Assembly (NCBI RefSeq): GCF_001465295.1
Contig: NZ_CP011034.1
Coordinates: 510,001-542,000, forward strand
Length of the DNA stretch: 32,000 nucleotides
From: Pseudoalteromonas translucida KMM 520
GTDB taxonomy: Bacteria; Pseudomonadota; Gammaproteobacteria; Enterobacterales; Alteromonadaceae
Reading direction: 5' to 3'
Part shown: in pieces, positions 8,576 to 17,018 of the stretch
Layout: every line of letters starts with the position of its first letter
Position numbering within the stretch: the stretch's first letter is position 1
Notes under the pieces: generated by a model
Seen by the model: only the letters and a program-made list of their open reading frames with translations
Told to the model about the DNA's origin: nothing
Databases searched by the model: none
Translations under genes and position numbers: made by a program

Positions 8576-8994
8576 TGAGAATTTTTATACTATTTTTATT
8601 GGCTACAAGTGTATTAGCTGGCTGTAGCAGCAAGCCTAAACAGAGTTTGTATCAGCAAATAAATGGTAATGCCGGCATAGAAAAACTAGTGGATAGCTTT
8701 ATTTATCAAATAGGTAATGACAAACAAGTGTTTCATTATTTTGAGCACAGTAACATTACTCATTTTCGCCAAGGCTTTATAAGCCACTTATGCGCGCTAA
8801 CAAACGGCCCTTGTGGGTATAAAGGCGACTCTATGGTCGCTATTCATACCGGTATGAATATTAATGAAAAAGATTTTAATCATGTAGTCGATCTACTAAT
8901 TAATGCGATGGACGAGCAAAATATACCCCATCCACTACAAAATAAAATAATAGCGAAAATGGCACCACTGCGCAGTGAAATAATAAAGATTTAA
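8575..8994 (+). CDS. group 1 truncated haemoglobin with lipoprotein signal peptide
   Basis: MRIFILFLLATSVLAGC lipobox followed by a trHbN-like fold: B10 Tyr in DSFIYQIG, GPCGYKG, and proximal His in MVAIHTGMNINEKDF. The ATG shares one nucleotide with the upstream TAA (TAATG). Confidence 0.8.
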   Translation: MRIFILFLLATSVLAGCSSKPKQSLYQQINGNAGIEKLVDSFIYQIGNDKQVFHYFEHSNITHFRQGFISHLCALTNGPCGYKGDSMVAIHTGMNINEKDFNHVVDLLINAMDEQNIPHPLQNKIIAKMAPLRSEIIKI

Positions 8995-9332
8995 GAGCTG
9001 TAAAGGGGCATCGCTCAGCTGTTCACTTTTAAAAAAGTAGCCAAACATAGGGATAGATAAATGAAAAATATAATTACCAATGAGCAGCTATATACGCAAT
9101 TAAATGATCCTACATTAATATTATTTGACGCGGGTATGCTACGCCCAGGTTTAACTGGTAACTATGTTGCTAAAGTGGTACTGCCTAACGCGCAGCGCTT
9201 TGATATTAAAAATGAACTAGCAGATCGCTCTAACCCATTACCTAATACTTTGTGTAGCGAAACGCAATTTACTCAAGTAATGCAAAAGGCAGGCGTTAAC
9301 CACGATTCGTACATTGTTATTTATCGGAATAG

Positions 9333-9671
9333 TTAGCCCTGCTCTTGAATGTATTTTCGAATTGTATCAGCAGCCGCATTTCCAACAGAGCAAACAAAAT
9401 ATCCGTCAGACCAAAATGTTTTTTTAACCCAGAATTGCTTTTTAAACCATTTAAATCTCGACCATAGACTTTGCGTTGTAGATTGTTTAATTCTCCTAAC
9501 GTAACTCGCAACGCTGATATTGGGAGAGATCGTTAGCAATATGTGTATATGATCTTTGTCCACCTCGATCTCTTCGATATTAAATTCTGAGCGCTCTGCA
9601 ATTTCAGTGATTTTTTGTTTTACAAAATCACCTACATCACCTTTTAACAATTGTTTTCTATATTTAACCAC
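9333..9671 (-). CDS. tnpA: IS200/IS605 Y1 (HUH) transposase TnpA
   Basis: HUH motif DHIHILL and catalytic-Tyr region SDGYFVCSVGNAAADTIRKYIQEQ. The conserved N-terminal strand continues in frame upstream of the GTG, up to about 9728, without a canonical start codon. Confidence 0.8.
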   Translation of the reverse strand: MVKYRKQLLKGDVGDFVKQKITEIAERSEFNIEEIEVDKDHIHILLTISPNISVASYVRRIKQSTTQSLWSRFKWFKKQFWVKKTFWSDGYFVCSVGNAAADTIRKYIQEQG

Positions 9672-9766
9672 AAGTATTAAATGTAGCGCTATTAAATATT
9701 TACAGTGAGATTTAGTTTCATATTCTATCTTGACAACTCATTTCCATACAGTAGTCTATACAGTGC

Positions 9767-10993
9767 ATGAAAAAGACGCTTAGATACAACTACAGGCTAA
9801 ATCCTACGCCAGAGCAAGAAGCTAAACTCGTTGAGTTTGGCGCGACAGCGCGTGGCATTTGGAACTTATTGTTGTCTGAGAATATGCGTCGATACGAGCA
9901 CGATAAAACGTTTTTGTTTTACAAAGACATGGCCTTACTACTTAAAGATATCAAGACGTTCGAAGAGTTTAACTGGATCAAAACATTCGATTCTGCGGCA
10001 GCTCAACAAGTTGCCCGCGACCTGGAATTAGCGCTCAAGAATGTTTTTACTAAAGGTCGCTTGCAACGCTTTCCAAAGCACAAGATCTCATATAAAAAGA
10101 AAAAACTTCACAACGATAGTTTTCGAGCGGTCAATAACTCGAACTGTATCCGCATTGAAAATGGCGCTATCAGTATCCCAAAGGTAGGCAAGATACCCAT
10201 TATCTTGCATCGCAAACTAGCAAGTAAAATCAAGACTGTAACTATCCAGTATCACCACGGAAAATGGGGATGCAGCATCACTCAGGAAGTTGAGTGCAAA
10301 ACAGCTAAACAAGTTTTAAAAACAATCACAGGTTTTGACATTAACTCAAAGCAAACTGTTGTTGGCTCAGATGGTTTTGTGGTCGATAACCCCAAGTTTT
10401 TAAAGCAGTCAAAAACAAAGTTAAATCAATTGCAACGCCAGCTTGCACGCCGAACTAAAGGTTCAAATCGCTGGCAAAAAACCAAACAACGCATCAACAA
10501 ATTACACGGCAAAATCTCACGGCAAAGGCTCGACTTTGCACACAAAATTTCACGCCAGATAACCAATGAAAATGACATTTTAGTGTTCGAAGATTTAAAC
10601 GTAAAAGGGATGCAAAAGTTCAATGGCAGCATGGTTGCCGACAATGTGATGGGCTTAATTACTCAGCTTTCAAAATACAAAACTGAGCTTGAAGGTAAAC
10701 TCTATCACGAGATTGGCAGGTTTGAAAAATCCACTGGGGTTTGTTCTGAATGCGGCCAACATCATGTTTTAACATTGAACGACAGATATTTCACATGTAC
10801 GGCTTGTGAAACTTACCAAAGCCGAGACTTGTCAGCGGCTAAAAGCATAGCAAAAACAGGTGAATTAGATTTGATTGCGGCTGGGATCGTCGCAAGGGTT
10901 CCCCCCACATCTCAGCAGAAATCAGCCATTAAAACGAAAGTCTTCGAGCTATCGAAGTTTGCTGTTGGAACTGAGAAAAAAGAAGCAGCCTAG
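9767..10993 (+). CDS. tnpB: TnpB RNA-guided endonuclease (IS605 OrfB family), apparently intact
   Basis: 408 aa with N-terminal YRLNPTPEQEAKL. RuvC residues are D in GFDINS, E in VFEDLNVKGM and D in SRDLSAAKSI. A CSECG..CTAC zinc finger is present. Confidence 0.9.
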   Translation: MKKTLRYNYRLNPTPEQEAKLVEFGATARGIWNLLLSENMRRYEHDKTFLFYKDMALLLKDIKTFEEFNWIKTFDSAAAQQVARDLELALKNVFTKGRLQRFPKHKISYKKKKLHNDSFRAVNNSNCIRIENGAISIPKVGKIPIILHRKLASKIKTVTIQYHHGKWGCSITQEVECKTAKQVLKTITGFDINSKQTVVGSDGFVVDNPKFLKQSKTKLNQLQRQLARRTKGSNRWQKTKQRINKLHGKISRQRLDFAHKISRQITNENDILVFEDLNVKGMQKFNGSMVADNVMGLITQLSKYKTELEGKLYHEIGRFEKSTGVCSECGQHHVLTLNDRYFTCTACETYQSRDLSAAKSIAKTGELDLIAAGIVARVPPTSQQKSAIKTKVFELSKFAVGTEKKEAA

Positions 10994-11072
10994 TCTCTAA
11001 GTCAAGGCTGTAGAAGTCCATTGATCGACACGGAGTGGCGTCGATGGGTAGTTCACGAGGATGAGGGTTTGT
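10994..11072 (+). ncRNA. putative omega-RNA 3' portion: RE scaffold tail plus predicted guide (5' end lies inside tnpB, not determinable here)
   Basis: Non-coding tail after the tnpB stop containing hairpin 11024-11045. By analogy with characterised TnpB loci, the transcript would read through the RE end at 11056 into the flank GAGGATGAGGGTTTGT. Confidence 0.35.
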
Positions 11073-11562
11073 TTAGCGCAGCTAGGGCATGGTGGATGCT
11101 AAACCATAGTATTACTCGATGCGCGTGCACATAAACGCTTTACAGGCGAAGACCCTGAACCCCGTGCTGATATGCGCAGCGGCCATATTCCTAATAGTCT
11201 TTCATTACCTTATAGCGAATTACTGTGCAGTGGTGAGGCTAAGCCACTTAACGAAATACAGCAGCAATTTTAAGCCCTAGTCGGTAATGCAGAAAAACTA
11301 CAATTTACATGTGGCGCGGGTATAACCGCCTGCATATTAGCGTTATTTGCTGATGAGTGCGGTTACGCTAACTTAAGTGTTTACGACGGTTCATGGAGTG
11401 AATGGGGAAAGAAATAAAGAGCAGACAGGACCGCAGTAAGTTATCCGCGTTCAGTAAGAGAAAACTAGCATACCTGTAGCAAACTAAACACCGCGCTTGT
11501 TTATTCCTTTACTAACAGCCCCAAATTAAAAACTGTTATTTAACGAGCTTCTTTAACCGCTA

Positions 11563-11913
11563 TTACTTGTACGGGCAATTTTTGCAGCCATTCTTACAGC
11601 ATGTACCACGCTTTAAAAAAAACCACTTACTAAATACCATGTAGCTGTTTTGCATAGTGTAATCGAGCCCTTCAATCAGCTCTCCATTATTTTTAAATTG
11701 CTTAGCAAACGCGAGCTGTATTTTAATCGGCTGAGAGTAAAGGCTTTGTAAGTAAGTGTTTATTTTAGCCAGCGTACAGTTACGGCATAAACAGCTTGTA
11801 GCGTTAAGATCTAACGGTAAAATAGCGGGTAACTCGTTGCACCAACATGCTGATATGTCAGTCACATTACAGGTAAGAGCAGTATTACATTGGGTGCAGT
11901 TAATTTGGGTCAT
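11563..11913 (-). CDS. cysteine-rich CWC-family / DUF5522-type fusion protein
   Basis: The N-terminus CTQCNTALTCNVTDISACWCNELP has the CWC pattern. The C-terminus FLKRGTCCKNGCKNCPYK is typical of DUF5522. Confidence 0.7.
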   Translation of the reverse strand: MTQINCTQCNTALTCNVTDISACWCNELPAILPLDLNATSCLCRNCTLAKINTYLQSLYSQPIKIQLAFAKQFKNNGELIEGLDYTMQNSYMVFSKWFFLKRGTCCKNGCKNCPYK

Positions 11914-11955
11914 TATTTTACTTTTAAATCACGGTGAGCGCAGAATAACAATATT

Positions 11956-12279
11956 ATGAATATACAAAAAGCATTAGCGCAGTTTATTACCTTCGGCTCA
12001 GAAAAAGACGAGGCTATTGCTGTCATTGTATCTGCGGCAGCAGCAAAACAGCCATTATTTACCCTAAGTACGTCAATCATGCTAAATGTGTTTGAGCGTT
12101 GTTTACATAATGAAATAGCACTTGATGATTTGGAACTGTGGGCGAATGTGATTGAAGCGCGAGATGATATAGATTGCGCTGAGTGTGAAGGCGTTATTTA
12201 TGCACTTAGTAACAGTGAACAAATGGGCGAGCTTAATCATGAAAAGCTCGCAAAATTAGCCACGCTTTTACAAGAGTAA
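11956..12279 (+). CDS. hypothetical acidic 107-aa protein
   Basis: Clean ATG ORF divergent from the CWC gene, separated by 42 bp. I recognise no family. Confidence 0.5.
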   Translation: MNIQKALAQFITFGSEKDEAIAVIVSAAAAKQPLFTLSTSIMLNVFERCLHNEIALDDLELWANVIEARDDIDCAECEGVIYALSNSEQMGELNHEKLAKLATLLQE

Positions 12280-12312
12280 AAGCATAGCTAATTTTTAGTA
12301 AAGCCTAGCGCT

Positions 12313-13281
12313 TTACTTATGATATCCCAAGCAAGTTTCTACTTCGTTTTTTGAGCCTAAAATTACAGCTACGCGCTGGTGAATAGCATTAGGTTGTATG
12401 TCCATAATGCGCTCGGTGCCAGTTGAGGCAATCCCGCCAGCTTGCTCTACTAGCATGGCCATAGGGTTTGCTTCGTAAAGCAGACGTAGTTTATTTGGTT
12501 GGCTTGGGTTTTTGGTATCTGTTGGGTAGGTAAATAACCCGCCACGGCTCAATACGCGGTGTACATCGCCTACCATTGCAGCAATCCAGCGCATATTAAA
12601 GTTTCGAGCGCGTGGGCCAGTGTCGCCAGCTACAAGGTCGTTAATGTAGTTTTGCATAGCCGGTTGCCAATGGCGTTGGTTTGACGCATTAATAGCATAT
12701 TCGTTGGTATCTGCTGGTATTTTTGCAAAATCTTGAGTTAATAAAAAGGTGCCATGCGTTTTATCTAGGGTGAAAAAGCGGGTGCCTTTACCTGTCGTTA
12801 GCGCCAATATAGTCGATGGGCCATACAATACATAACCTGCCGCTACTTGATTAATGCCCGGTTGCATAAAAATACTTTGGTCAGCAGGATCTGCGCCTTC
12901 AGGCGCTTTCATTACTGAAAAAATAGTACCTACTAACGAGTTTATGTCGGTGTTTGATGAGCCATCAAGTGGGTCAAACGCTACAATATATTCTGCATCA
13001 GGATTACCAGCAACTGTGTAGTCTTCTTCTTCAGAGGCGATGGCTTTTACGTAGCCTGATTCCAATAATATATCTTTAAGTAGTTGGTTGGTTAAAACAT
13101 CAAGCTTCTTTTGAGTTTCGCCTTGAATATTCTCGTCAAGTGTTGAGCCTAATACACCCGATAATTCGCCTTGGCCAACACGAAATGAAATTTCTTTACA
13201 TGCGGCTAAAATAGTTCTGATCAAAGAGATTAATTCTCTTGGGCAACCATCTTCAAGTAATACTGGAGGAAGTCTACGCAT
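12313..13281 (-). CDS. fbp: fructose-1,6-bisphosphatase class 1
   Basis: Motifs [28 protein letters not shown] and GGIASTG. Confidence 0.92.
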   Translation of the reverse strand: MRRLPPVLLEDGCPRELISLIRTILAACKEISFRVGQGELSGVLGSTLDENIQGETQKKLDVLTNQLLKDILLESGYVKAIASEEEDYTVAGNPDAEYIVAFDPLDGSSNTDINSLVGTIFSVMKAPEGADPADQSIFMQPGINQVAAGYVLYGPSTILALTTGKGTRFFTLDKTHGTFLLTQDFAKIPADTNEYAINASNQRHWQPAMQNYINDLVAGDTGPRARNFNMRWIAAMVGDVHRVLSRGGLFTYPTDTKNPSQPNKLRLLYEANPMAMLVEQAGGIASTGTERIMDIQPNAIHQRVAVILGSKNEVETCLGYHK

Positions 13282-13435
13282 TCTATTTTCCTGATAACGT
13301 GATTAAACTAATCATAATGTGAGAGGGATTAGTTTGGAGCGCTGAAATTCGTCTTAAATAACTGTATTGTTTAAATTCCCCCCTATAATGGGGTTACCTA
13401 ATCGTACTTAAAACGCCAATAACAAAGATAAGATT

Positions 13436-15865
13436 ATGCAAAAAATAAAACTACTAGGTTACATTCTCTTTACTGTGTTGCTCACTATGATAACTCAAGC
13501 GCACGCAGCAATTAAGTCTATTGATGAATTTACTGGAAAGATGAATCATTTTCCGGGATATTTTTCATTTTTTTACGATACAGAAAACGGCAAGGTTTAT
13601 TTAAAAGTAGATAAACTAGAGCAACAATTTTTGCTACAGCAAAGTTTGCCAAATGGCTTGGGCTCTAACGATATAGGGCTTGATAGAGGGCAGCTTGGTA
13701 ATACACACTTAGTGCAATTTGAGCGCTTTGGCGACAAAGTAATGCTACGCGCTGTAAATACTTACTATCGCGCAAATACTAGTAATAAAGCTGAGCAGCA
13801 AAGTATTAATGAAGCGTTTGCATCAAGCATATTAGCGGGCTTTAAAGTGGTTGCGCAAAATAAGCGGGCGCTATTAATCGATTACACCCCGTATTTACTT
13901 AGCGATGTACACGGTGTAAATCGTACCCTGGCTGCGACTAAACAAGGTAACTTTAATCTAGACGAATCGCGTAGTGCAGTTTATATGGGCCGCTCTAAAG
14001 CATTTATTAATAATACAGAGCTTGAAGCCGTACTTACCTTTGCCGGTACTAAACCGGGTAAGTTTGTGCGCGAAATAAGCCCTGACGCCTATTCGTTAAC
14101 GGTGCATATGCACCATTCATTGATTAAATTACCAGACGATAACTACACCCCGCGCAACTTCCATCCGCAATCGGGTTTTTGGAGTATTGAGCATAAAAAC
14201 TATGCTGCAGCACTTGGTGAGTCTATGTATGTGCGATATATACCACGTCATCGCTTAACTAAAAAAGATCCGAATTTACCTATTAGCGACCCTATTGAGC
14301 CGATTGTTTATTACCTTGATCCTGGGGTGCCAGAGCCTGTAAAAAGTGCATTGCTTGAAGGTGCACAGTGGTGGGATGAAGCGTTTAGTGCCGCGGGTTA
14401 TAAAAATGCATTTATAATAAAAGTACTACCAACAAACGCAGACCCTATGGATATTCGCTATAACGTAGTGCAATGGGTGCATCGTGCTACTCGTGGTTGG
14501 TCGTATGGCAGTTCGGTAATTGATCCGCGTACCGGCGAAATTATAAAAGGTCATGTAACGCTTGGCTCACTGCGCGTACGCCAAGATATTTTAATTGCAG
14601 AAGCGCTGGCTGCGCCTTATTTAAACGGCAATGAAATAGCAAAAACACTACAAGCCATGGCACTTGATCGTATCAGGCAGCTAAGTGCCCACGAAATTGG
14701 GCACACTTTAGGTATTTCTCATAACTTTGCCGCCTCTGTAGGCGATAGAGCCTCGGTAATGGATTATCCGCATCCACTGCTTAGCTTTGATGATCAAGGC
14801 AAGCTTGATGTGTCACGCGGTTATGCTACGGGTATGGGCGTGTGGGATACACAAGTTATTAAATACGGCTACAGCGACTTTACTAATCAAAACGAAGCAG
14901 CAGCATTGGCGGCTATTTTAAAAGAAAACAACACAAAAGGGCTCGAGTTCATATCTGATAACGACGCCCGTGCTGCCGGTGGTGCACATCCAACAGCTCA
15001 TTTGTGGGATAACGGCGCAGCACCAAGCGAAGAGCTATTAAGAGTACTAGAAGTGCGTAAGCAAGCACTCGCACAATTTGGTATTCATAATATAAAAACG
15101 GGTGAGGCGTTATCGCAATTAGAAGAAAAACTAGTGCCTTTGTATTTATTTCACCGTTACCAAGTAGAGGCGGTGGCTAAACTAATCGCAGGGATAAATT
15201 ACGAGTACGAAGTACGTGGTGATAAACCTGTAAAAGGCGCGCAAGTAGTTGCTAAGCAAACGCAACAACAGGCGGTTAAAGCTATTTTAACCACTCTAGA
15301 GGGCAGTAATTTAGTGTTGCCAGAGTCGATACTCGCACTTATTCCGCCAAAAGCGTATGGCGAGTCTAGAACGCGTGAAAGTATAGTGGGGCGCACTGGT
15401 TTAACCCTTGATGCTATGGCGCTACCTGAAGTTGCGGTGCAGCATAGCTTATCGTTATTACTAAATGCACAGCGTTTAAATCGCCTTGCGCAACAACAAG
15501 CGCGCAGTGATGATTTTTACAGTTTAGATGAGCTACTTTTACAGTTTTATAAGCAGGTTTTTGTGGCATTGCCGTCAAATAACATGGTGGCAAAGATCAC
15601 TCAACGAGTGCAATATTTAAGTGCTAAAACAATGGCTGAACTAGTGGCCAGCGATAACGTAAGCCCAGAAGTGCAAGCACAACTGCATTACTATTTAACT
15701 AAGCTAAAAGACGACTTTGAACAAAATTCATTGCTAAGCAACACCAGTATAGGTGAAAGCGCGTTTAAACAATATTTAGCCGAACAAGTTAATCAGTTTT
15801 TAACCACCGGTAGCTGGCCAGATAACTTTAAAGCATTGCCAATCCCGCCAGGTTCGCCAATTTAA
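13436..15865 (+). CDS. secreted zinc-dependent metalloprotease (DUF5117/DUF4953-type)
   Basis: Signal peptide ends TQAHA/AIKS. Zinc site is HEIGHTLGISHNF. The protein is large, at 809 aa. Confidence 0.8.
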   Translation: MQKIKLLGYILFTVLLTMITQAHAAIKSIDEFTGKMNHFPGYFSFFYDTENGKVYLKVDKLEQQFLLQQSLPNGLGSNDIGLDRGQLGNTHLVQFERFGDKVMLRAVNTYYRANTSNKAEQQSINEAFASSILAGFKVVAQNKRALLIDYTPYLLSDVHGVNRTLAATKQGNFNLDESRSAVYMGRSKAFINNTELEAVLTFAGTKPGKFVREISPDAYSLTVHMHHSLIKLPDDNYTPRNFHPQSGFWSIEHKNYAAALGESMYVRYIPRHRLTKKDPNLPISDPIEPIVYYLDPGVPEPVKSALLEGAQWWDEAFSAAGYKNAFIIKVLPTNADPMDIRYNVVQWVHRATRGWSYGSSVIDPRTGEIIKGHVTLGSLRVRQDILIAEALAAPYLNGNEIAKTLQAMALDRIRQLSAHEIGHTLGISHNFAASVGDRASVMDYPHPLLSFDDQGKLDVSRGYATGMGVWDTQVIKYGYSDFTNQNEAAALAAILKENNTKGLEFISDNDARAAGGAHPTAHLWDNGAAPSEELLRVLEVRKQALAQFGIHNIKTGEALSQLEEKLVPLYLFHRYQVEAVAKLIAGINYEYEVRGDKPVKGAQVVAKQTQQQAVKAILTTLEGSNLVLPESILALIPPKAYGESRTRESIVGRTGLTLDAMALPEVAVQHSLSLLLNAQRLNRLAQQQARSDDFYSLDELLLQFYKQVFVALPSNNMVAKITQRVQYLSAKTMAELVASDNVSPEVQAQLHYYLTKLKDDFEQNSLLSNTSIGESAFKQYLAEQVNQFLTTGSWPDNFKALPIPPGSPI

Positions 15866-15920
15866 CAGGACCGTTTTTAGCAATAAAGCACAGCAGGCAG
15901 CTTTTAGCTAAAAATTAAAT

Positions 15921-15956
15921 AAACACCGCGCTTAATTTAAACGCGGTGTTTTTTTG
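15921..15956 (+). terminator. Rho-independent terminator
   Basis: AAACACCGCG (15921-15930) pairs with CGCGGTGTTT (15942-15951) and is followed by a T run. Confidence 0.85.
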
Positions 15957-16077
15957 TGTTGCTCATTGCATAGGTTAAATACACAGGGCTGTCTTTGTTA
16001 TTGTGTTACTTTTGCTTGCATAAAGTTGTTTTTTTGTTAATCTACCCGCCTTCTGTTGTGGCTATTTTGAGGTGTTT

Positions 16078-16851
16078 ATGGCGTTTTTATCTCGTTCGAT
16101 ATTGGCGTTGTCTGTAGCACTTTTAAGCAATAACGTATTTGCGCAAAAACAGTGTGATGTTGAGCTTCGTCACGGTTTAATCATTACTGATGATATTATT
16201 CGCATTGTTGATAAAGGCCAAACCCGCGTACAAATTAATAATAATAATCAATTGTTTATCCGTGGCTATTGGATTGACTTAAGTGATGACGAAAGTAAAG
16301 TACTTGAGCAGTTTAGCAGCGGTATTCGTCAAACTGTTCCCGAGCTCGTTAACTTAGCCACCGATGGCGTGAATTTAGGGCTCAGTGCAATTGAGCATGT
16401 TGTTGAAGGCATGACAGATAAAGAATCAGAAGTGCTTAAAACGCAATTAAAATACGTTGAACGCGCGTTAATGGATAAGTTTAAACGCGGCGATGATTTT
16501 TTCTTTATTGCTCCGCAATCACTTTCCAAAATAGACGACTTTTTTACTAAAGACATTAGCAAAAAAATTCACTCAGCAGTGCATGGCTCCCTCGGGGCTA
16601 TTTTAATGTCGTTAGGCGATGCATTTAAATCGCGCGAAGGTAATATCGAAGATCGAATGAACGACATGAGTCAACGCATGGATATTATTTCATCAGAAAT
16701 AGATAAATCACTTCAAGAAAAAGCCCGCCAACTCGAACTAAAAGCCGCAGAATACTGCGAATGTTTAAACGCCCTTGATGTGACCGAATCCCGCCTTCAG
16801 GCCATAGTCCCTGGCATGGTGAGCTTTGACTTAGTGCAAATAAAGTCTTAA
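16078..16851 (+). CDS. DUF2884 (YggN-like) periplasmic protein
   Basis: Signal peptide ends NNVFA/QKQC. The N-terminal pattern CDVELRHGLIITDDIIRIV..LFIRGYWIDL matches the YggN family. ATG at 16078 follows GAGG. Confidence 0.7.
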   Translation: MAFLSRSILALSVALLSNNVFAQKQCDVELRHGLIITDDIIRIVDKGQTRVQINNNNQLFIRGYWIDLSDDESKVLEQFSSGIRQTVPELVNLATDGVNLGLSAIEHVVEGMTDKESEVLKTQLKYVERALMDKFKRGDDFFFIAPQSLSKIDDFFTKDISKKIHSAVHGSLGAILMSLGDAFKSREGNIEDRMNDMSQRMDIISSEIDKSLQEKARQLELKAAEYCECLNALDVTESRLQAIVPGMVSFDLVQIKS

Positions 16852-17018
16852 AAATTAAGAGCTGGCATTAGGTTTCAGGTGTCAGTAAGTAATTAGCCAA
16901 GCACGCATTTACAATTAGGCCTCGTAGTTGTGAACTACCTAGCGACTAAAAATCACTGGGTTTTCTCGCCAAGTTATTGATAAATTGCTTAGAACCTAGT
17001 GCCTAGCGTCTTCAACTT

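Larger units (their letters stand above)
9325..11056 (+). mobile_element. IS200/IS605-family insertion sequence (IS605-type, divergent tnpA and tnpB), 1732 bp
   Basis: Boundaries are deduced by joining 9324 to 11057, which restores the rhodanese frame. There is no target duplication and the element sits 3' of TTTAT. The RE hairpin ATCGAC..GTCGAT (11024-11045) lies 11 nt from the right end. Confidence 0.8.
9061..11417 (+). pseudogene. two-domain rhodanese / 3-mercaptopyruvate sulfurtransferase-like gene, disrupted by an IS, an internal deletion and a nonsense codon
   Basis: The N-terminal part 9061-9324 ends at YIVIY and resumes at 11057 with EDEGLFSAARAWWML. A frame break and a missing block of about 90 aa occur near 11105-11115. 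The sequence then reads LLDARAHKRFTGEDPEPRADMRSGHIPNS, has an in-frame TAA at 11271-11273, then the active-site loop FTCGAGITAC and YDGSWSEWG, with the stop at 11415-11417. Confidence 0.85.

Noticed and set aside
9061-9336. 91-aa ORF as an intact small rhodanese gene
   Set aside because: It stops three codons into the IS (RNS-stop). It contains only the N-terminal part of the inactive domain, and the remainder of the gene continues after the IS.
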